A stretch of DNA of 64,000 nucleotides from an uncultured Candidatus Saccharibacteria bacterium. Lineage in GTDB: Bacteria; Patescibacteriota; Minisyncoccia; Phycocordibacterales; PALSA-1337. The notes under the pieces were generated by a model that was not told where the DNA came from, did no database searches, and saw only the letters and a list, made by a program, of their open reading frames with translations. Positions 58,657 to 64,000 of the stretch are shown piece by piece. The stretch lies in the NCBI GenBank assembly GCA_964403205.1, contig CAYOER010000002.1:4259-68258 (forward strand), written 5' to 3'. Within the stretch, counting starts at the first letter, position 1, and each line of letters starts with the position of its first letter. Position numbers and translations under genes: made by a program.

Positions 58657-59967
58657 ATGCATACATTTGATCTATCTCTTGACCATATTACGAAAGTAGA
58701 AGGCAATGCTTCACTACATCTCTCTGTAGAAGATAATAAGGTTAAGAGTGTAAAGTTTGCTATAGTAGAGAGCAAGCGCTTCTTCACAGAGGCTATGAAA
58801 GGAAAAACTATAGGATCTATACCACAGCATCTATCTAGAATATGTGGTACATGCTCGAACGCTCATCTACTCTGTGCTATAGAAGCATGTGAGGATGCTC
58901 TAGATATAGAAGTTTCAGAGCAGACAAAAATAATGCGTGCACTCACTGTACATGGACTTATTATCCGTGATCATGCTCTACACCTATACATATTCTGTTT
59001 ACCAGATATATACGGAGTAGATGCCTTCCTAGATCTAGATGAGAATATTCCAGAGCAACATCAGATATTACATGATGCTTTCGATATAAAGTCCGCTGGG
59101 AATTATCTAGCAACCCTCATAGCCGGTAGGAGTGTACATGCTATATACCCTACACTCGGTGGTTATCTGCATTTCCCAGAGAAAGACGGTATAGATGAGG
59201 CAATAAAGAAATTGAAATCTATACGTGAGGCAGTATTACGTACAGTAGAAATATTCAAGAATTCCCCATTCCATTTTGATCGTAAAACGCATTATATGGC
59301 GCTTATACCTGATAAGACATTTGGCTATCTCTATGGATCTATAGAGACGAGTCTCGGAGAGAAATATGGTGAGGAAGAATTCCGCTCCCATCTAGAACAT
59401 GTAGTACTTCCATATTCCCAAGCATCTGCATATACATATGATAAAGAAGGTTATATGGTAGGTTCTCTAGCACGTATAAATCTAGCAAAGGATAGATTAC
59501 ATCCGAAAACAAAAGAGTCACTGAAAGATACATTGAAACTATTCCCTTCTACTGATATTTTCTATAATAATCTAGCTCAAGCTATTGAAATACTACATTC
59601 TGTAGATGAATCAATAGATCTATTAACACAGAATACATTCAGGGCTGAGCCAATAATAAAAAAAGAAATGAAGGAAAGCGTAGGTATAGGCGTAGTAGAG
59701 GCACCACGCGGTACGCTATATCACAAGGTAGTACTCGGAGCAGATGGTAAGATAAAAGAAGGTGAAGTCATAGTACCTACAGGACAGAATCAGATAAATA
59801 TTGAAAGGGATATAGCGACTCTAGTAGAGAGACTACTTCCAGATACGTCTAAAGAGCAGATAACTGTAGAAATAGAAAAACTAATAAGGGCATATGATCC
59901 ATGTATGAGCTGTGCATCACATTTTTTGAAAATAAAATGGAACGAAAAAAAGAAGAGGGTTAAATAG
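58657..59967 (+). CDS. [NiFe] hydrogenase large subunit, group 3b-related
   Basis: ITKVEGN, L1 SRICGTCSNAH, EAPRGTLYH, L2 RAYDPCMSCASH plus C-terminal extension. Confidence 0.93.
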   Translation: MHTFDLSLDHITKVEGNASLHLSVEDNKVKSVKFAIVESKRFFTEAMKGKTIGSIPQHLSRICGTCSNAHLLCAIEACEDALDIEVSEQTKIMRALTVHGLIIRDHALHLYIFCLPDIYGVDAFLDLDENIPEQHQILHDAFDIKSAGNYLATLIAGRSVHAIYPTLGGYLHFPEKDGIDEAIKKLKSIREAVLRTVEIFKNSPFHFDRKTHYMALIPDKTFGYLYGSIETSLGEKYGEEEFRSHLEHVVLPYSQASAYTYDKEGYMVGSLARINLAKDRLHPKTKESLKDTLKLFPSTDIFYNNLAQAIEILHSVDESIDLLTQNTFRAEPIIKKEMKESVGIGVVEAPRGTLYHKVVLGADGKIKEGEVIVPTGQNQINIERDIATLVERLLPDTSKEQITVEIEKLIRAYDPCMSCASHFLKIKWNEKKKRVK

Positions 59968-60691
59968 TTTGATTTGCAAATTCAATATTTTTCAATGTAT
60001 ATTTCTTTAGATTTTTCTGTTGCTTTTTATCTATTACTTCACAAGGTATACCCCAATGTATAGAGACTATTTGACCTATCTTTATCTGTTCAATATCATA
60101 TTCTGATTCCAATTGCCTAGTCAGAGTTCTAGTGATAGCTGTGCCGAAAGAGAACTTCCCTTTCATATAGATTATCGGCTCTGTAAGAACAGTAATATTT
60201 TTACCAGAAACAGCAGTTACTATACCAGAATTTATACAGCATTCATTCATACTATCTACCTTCTGTGCAATATTTGCATCCTTATTGTGTCGCCAGACAT
60301 TCAATACATGGAAAGAATGATGTGGTAATGCACCTTGACCTATTTTTTCTTCTAACCATAGAAACTCTCTTTTATCTATTTTATCTTTTATATGAAGATC
60401 ATCAATAAGAAATCTGTGTAAATTTCTCTTCTCTATAGTCTCTAGTAGACTATTACCCAGCCAATACGCCTCTACTACACGTCTATCAAAAGGATCTTTT
60501 ATATTATTTTCTCTAGCTATATATTTCAAATATGGATAAAGTGTCTGGAATTGCTTCAAAAGATGGTGTAAACCAAAATCGTTTTTCCCGCTTTCTATAA
60601 GATCGTGTAATTCTTTACTAGCATCTGGACCACAATAGTGAAGACGATTGGGACCAAAGGAATATCTACTACATAACATAATGCCTTCCAT
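59960..60691 (-). CDS. DUF6390-like protein (start likely ATG 60691)
   Basis: CSRYSFGPNRLHYCGP, DPFDRRVVEAYWLGN, PHHSFHV, VSIHWG. Confidence 0.75.
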   Translation of the reverse strand: MEGIMLCSRYSFGPNRLHYCGPDASKELHDLIESGKNDFGLHHLLKQFQTLYPYLKYIARENNIKDPFDRRVVEAYWLGNSLLETIEKRNLHRFLIDDLHIKDKIDKREFLWLEEKIGQGALPHHSFHVLNVWRHNKDANIAQKVDSMNECCINSGIVTAVSGKNITVLTEPIIYMKGKFSFGTAITRTLTRQLESEYDIEQIKIGQIVSIHWGIPCEVIDKKQQKNLKKYTLKNIEFANQTI

Positions 60692-60757
60692 ATTGCCATT
60701 GTAGCAAATAATCATTATTTTTGATAAAGTTACCCTAGATAAGAGAAAGTAAAAACA

Positions 60758-61177
60758 ATGAGTACACCAATGACAGGTGAGAGACTCTTCCTGCGCTATG
60801 TATGGCCATGTGCAAGAGTGAGACTCGATGCAAAGAAAATAAGCCAACAACAATATAATGAACTCGAGGAAACAGTAAGAAATGATAGCGAACCTAGAAA
60901 GCAATTATTAGCTGTGTGTTTCCCTGGAGCATATAAAGATATAACAAACTGGAGTTATGAGTTTGTAGTCCATTATTGGCGATATATCCATCGTCATGAT
61001 GATGAACCGGTTCAAAAAGATGTATGGCAAGCCATAGTTATAGAGACACCTGATTCGCAGTTTGTAAGTCTACAAATCAGTGATAGACATATCATCGCTA
61101 TCAATGAATACCGTATTCCATTACGGGCTGGCGATATAGTCTATGGACATAAACATATGATAGTTGAGAAAATCTGA
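60758..61177 (+). CDS. Short divergent DUF6390-like protein
   Basis: GERLFLRYVWPC, FPGAY, VVHYW, GDIVYGH parallel the DUF6390 motifs. Confidence 0.55.
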   Translation: MSTPMTGERLFLRYVWPCARVRLDAKKISQQQYNELEETVRNDSEPRKQLLAVCFPGAYKDITNWSYEFVVHYWRYIHRHDDEPVQKDVWQAIVIETPDSQFVSLQISDRHIIAINEYRIPLRAGDIVYGHKHMIVEKI

Positions 61178-61255
61178 ATGAGGGAATTCAGATAAACGTT
61201 GCTCCTAGTGGGCACGTTTTTTTATTTAGAAAATTAATTATTTATTTTTTTAGAT

Positions 61256-61648
61256 TTACTTATATAGAGAGTTAATTATCATCACAATCTCAGAAATTGC
61301 TTTCTTTTTACTAATATTAACTGGAATACCAATTATTTTTATCTTATCTATTTTGCCTAGTTTCATTAGAAGACGAATATTAGCAAAAGCATCAAAGTCA
61401 TGCATGGAAACTCTAGGTGCGTTATCAAATTTCAATATATCATTATAAACAGTTATTTTCTTTATACCTACAACAGTATCAATTATAATCAAATTATTTG
61501 GTATATCCCATTCTTCATTTGGATCTTTCAATTCAAAAGTGATATTTGGAAATTCTTTATTTAATTCTGGTAAAATTTCTAAAGGAAGTGAATCTCCTTT
61601 CAAATCTGCATTACCAAATACAAAAATAGTCATATTATTTATAGCCAT
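61256..61648 (-). CDS. Hydrogenase maturation protease-like protein
   Basis: IFVFGNADLKGDS, IIIDTV, SMHDF, IIGIP. Confidence 0.75.
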   Translation of the reverse strand: MAINNMTIFVFGNADLKGDSLPLEILPELNKEFPNITFELKDPNEEWDIPNNLIIIDTVVGIKKITVYNDILKFDNAPRVSMHDFDAFANIRLLMKLGKIDKIKIIGIPVNISKKKAISEIVMIINSLYK

Positions 61649-61746
61649 ATTATATTCATAATATCATATTATCCACAATTCAATCTTATCAATATAATCA
61701 TAAATGATACAATTATAGACATTATTATAATAACTAAATTAGTTAT

Positions 61747-62124
61747 ATGGATATCACAATTTTAGTAACAAAGATATTAGCAATATATCTTGTAGTTAGT
61801 GGTGTATTTCTTATTATGAAAGGTAGAACAGTGCCTCATATGCTTAGGGATTTCTTTGACCACCCAGCTATGACATATCTGACTGGTATTATACTAGTCT
61901 TCCTATCATCTATGTATCTTATACAATACAATATCTGGAATGGTACATGGAAAACTGTAATAACAGTTTTTGTATGGATAGTACTAATAAAGGGTCTAGC
62001 ATATATCTTTACACCTGGCATGTTGAGCAAAATGGTAATAAATAAATCCAGAGGCCTATTCAGCGCTTATGGTCTAATATCTATTGCTATAGGTCTATAT
62101 CTCTTCTTCTTACTTACAAAATAG
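61747..62124 (+). CDS. Four-TM membrane protein
   Basis: Hydrophobic throughout. Confidence 0.65.
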   Translation: MDITILVTKILAIYLVVSGVFLIMKGRTVPHMLRDFFDHPAMTYLTGIILVFLSSMYLIQYNIWNGTWKTVITVFVWIVLIKGLAYIFTPGMLSKMVINKSRGLFSAYGLISIAIGLYLFFLLTK

Positions 62125-62180
62125 CACTATATTCAGTTATCTTGACAAAATATCTATGATGTAATATAGTAAAGGACTAT

Positions 62181-63323
62181 ATGTACAGAAGACAGATAAG
62201 AAGATCCCGTCCGGGACAGAAGCAGTTTCGTGATATTTCAAAATTCATAAATAAAGCTTCTCCTATATTAGACAATAAGCCATATGTATCAATAAACTCT
62301 TTCTCAAGTTTTGCTATTAGTGAAACTCTAAAGAAAAATGTTATAAATGCAGGCTATATTCACCCTACCCCGATACAAGATCAGGCTATTCCATATATAT
62401 TGAATAATAGAGATATTGTTGGTATTGCCAATACAGGAACAGGTAAAACTGCAGCTTTTATTATTCCACTTTTAAATAAAGTAGTTAACGATAGAAATCA
62501 GAATGTATTGATCATGACACCGACAAGAGAGCTTGCAATACAGATCAATCAAGAATTAATAAAATTTGCAAAAGATCTAAATATCTTCTCTGTTTCAACT
62601 GTTGGTGGAATGTCTATATCAAAGCAGATAAGTGATCTACAACATAGACATAATTTTATCATTGGAACTCCGGGCAGAATAAAAGATCTAGTGAAGAGAA
62701 ACTGTATAGATCTGAAGAGATGCCAGAATGTGGTACTAGATGAAAGTGATAGAATGCTTGATATGGGATTTATAAATGATATGCGTTTTCTATTGTCTAT
62801 AATGCCGAAGAATCGTCATACATTATTCTTTTCAGCTACATTGTCTAGTGATATAAAAAATTTAATAAAAGAATTCCTGAATAATCCAGTGAGTATTTCT
62901 GTAAAGACTGGTGATACTGCTCGTGGTGTAGACCAAGATGTAGTGTATGTAAAAGATAAAATAAAATTCGATCTATTGCATTCCCTATTAACTAAAGATG
63001 AATTCAAAAAAGTATTGGTATTCGGAAGAACAAAGATGGGTGTGGAGAAGCTATCGAAACAACTTTCTAATAAAGGCCATAGAGTAGAATCTATACATGG
63101 TAATAAGAATCATAGTCAGAGACAGAGAGCATTATCCCAATTCAAAGAAAATAAAAGCCAAATATTAGTAGCAACAGATGTAGCAGCTCGTGGACTAGAT
63201 ATACCAGATATAAGCCATGTTATAAACTATGAGCTCCCTTCTACATACGAAGACTATATACATCGTATTGGGCGTACTGGACGTGGTGGAAAAACAGGAA
63301 AAGCACTTACTTTTATAGATTAA
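62181..63323 (+). CDS. DEAD-box RNA helicase
   Basis: PTPIQ, NTGTGKT, PTRELA, TPGR, DESD, SAT, ARGLD, HRIGRTGR. Confidence 0.95.
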   Translation: MYRRQIRRSRPGQKQFRDISKFINKASPILDNKPYVSINSFSSFAISETLKKNVINAGYIHPTPIQDQAIPYILNNRDIVGIANTGTGKTAAFIIPLLNKVVNDRNQNVLIMTPTRELAIQINQELIKFAKDLNIFSVSTVGGMSISKQISDLQHRHNFIIGTPGRIKDLVKRNCIDLKRCQNVVLDESDRMLDMGFINDMRFLLSIMPKNRHTLFFSATLSSDIKNLIKEFLNNPVSISVKTGDTARGVDQDVVYVKDKIKFDLLHSLLTKDEFKKVLVFGRTKMGVEKLSKQLSNKGHRVESIHGNKNHSQRQRALSQFKENKSQILVATDVAARGLDIPDISHVINYELPSTYEDYIHRIGRTGRGGKTGKALTFID

Positions 63324-63364
63324 TAGGTAGAAAATATAGTATAATTCGGTATAGAAAGCACCTC

Positions 63365-63841
63365 GTGAACAATATGAGAATTCTAATTTTTCTGATTCTA
63401 TTCCCAATCTTTGTATTTACCTATCGCCTTTATAAGCGTATAGGTAGACGCTGTGATTGTGGAGCAGTATTCGAGCTCAAGCGCTATCACTATATCCATC
63501 TTGCAAATGATGAATCCATATCAATATGGACATCAGGGAAGACTGGTAAGAGACGTTGGCGCTGGTGGATACGGAGAGTTTATAGTATTACGTTCTCTGT
63601 TTGTAATCGTTGTAATGCTATGGTGATATGGAAAACTAGCAAATGTCCTATTTCACTTTGGCATGCATGGTGGGTCAAGCTATTCAAACCAAATCAATAC
63701 AGACAACATCCAAGGCTTGGTAGTTTCGAAACTACCATGTATCTCGAAGCATTGAGTATGAAAGGACTCAATCATCTAAAAGCGGGACATAAAGACTCGC
63801 CAAAAGATACACCACCAATAGAGCTTAATCTAGATCTCTAA
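63365..63841 (+). CDS. Hypothetical protein with N-terminal TM and CxC/CxxC motifs
   Basis: 158 aa ORF followed by terminator accgct..agcggt-tgttttt. Confidence 0.55.
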   Translation: MNNMRILIFLILFPIFVFTYRLYKRIGRRCDCGAVFELKRYHYIHLANDESISIWTSGKTGKRRWRWWIRRVYSITFSVCNRCNAMVIWKTSKCPISLWHAWWVKLFKPNQYRQHPRLGSFETTMYLEALSMKGLNHLKAGHKDSPKDTPPIELNLDL

Positions 63842-64000
63842 ACCACTATACACCGCTCTGCCTTCAGCATAGCGGTTGTTTTTTAAACAAAAAAGAACTC
63901 CGAAGAGTCCTCTTTTGTATGTACATAAAAAGATAAACTGCTATTACATAGGTTGAGATGCATCAGAACCCTTGCAAGCACTACAATTCTTCTTATGAGT

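Noticed and set aside
60692-60904. N-terminal extension of ORF 59960..60904
   Set aside because: It overlaps the divergent gene; family-like sequence begins at 60691.

Overview
This low-GC bacterial window looks like Patescibacteria (CPR, Parcubacteria-like). That is an inference from gene content, the short ProS, the group 3b-type hydrogenase and the scarcity of Shine-Dalgarno sites. 1-21.5 kb is mostly housekeeping: pbp2/mreD-like/mreC/mreB, proS, rseP, frr, holB-like, a second mreB, murA, priA, a def-fmt fusion and hpf. It is interrupted by toxin genes, a cohesin/dockerin/Ig-repeat surface cluster, a Bro-N pseudogene and a PEP-CTERM protein. tRNA-Asn(GTT) at 21521-21593 is an integration hotspot. 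A ~18.8 kb serine-recombinase element (21588-40355) carries a primase-helicase, two DNA methylases, a type III R-M system, candidate defence genes and two strongly structured non-coding stretches. Further att-like scars follow out to ~47.4 kb and separate stand-alone transcription units. One unit is an NrtR-controlled J-domain/kinase-like + acidic peptide + vWA + divergent adenylosuccinate-synthetase-like module, the best candidate for a poorly characterised system. 47.5-55 kb holds single accessory genes that share a repeated terminator family. 55.8-61.6 kb is an ECF sigma-NifU-ferredoxin-flavoprotein-minimal [NiFe] hydrogenase cluster with DUF6390-like genes. A DEAD-box helicase and a hypothetical gene end the window. 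All calls come from reading motifs by eye; no searches were run.
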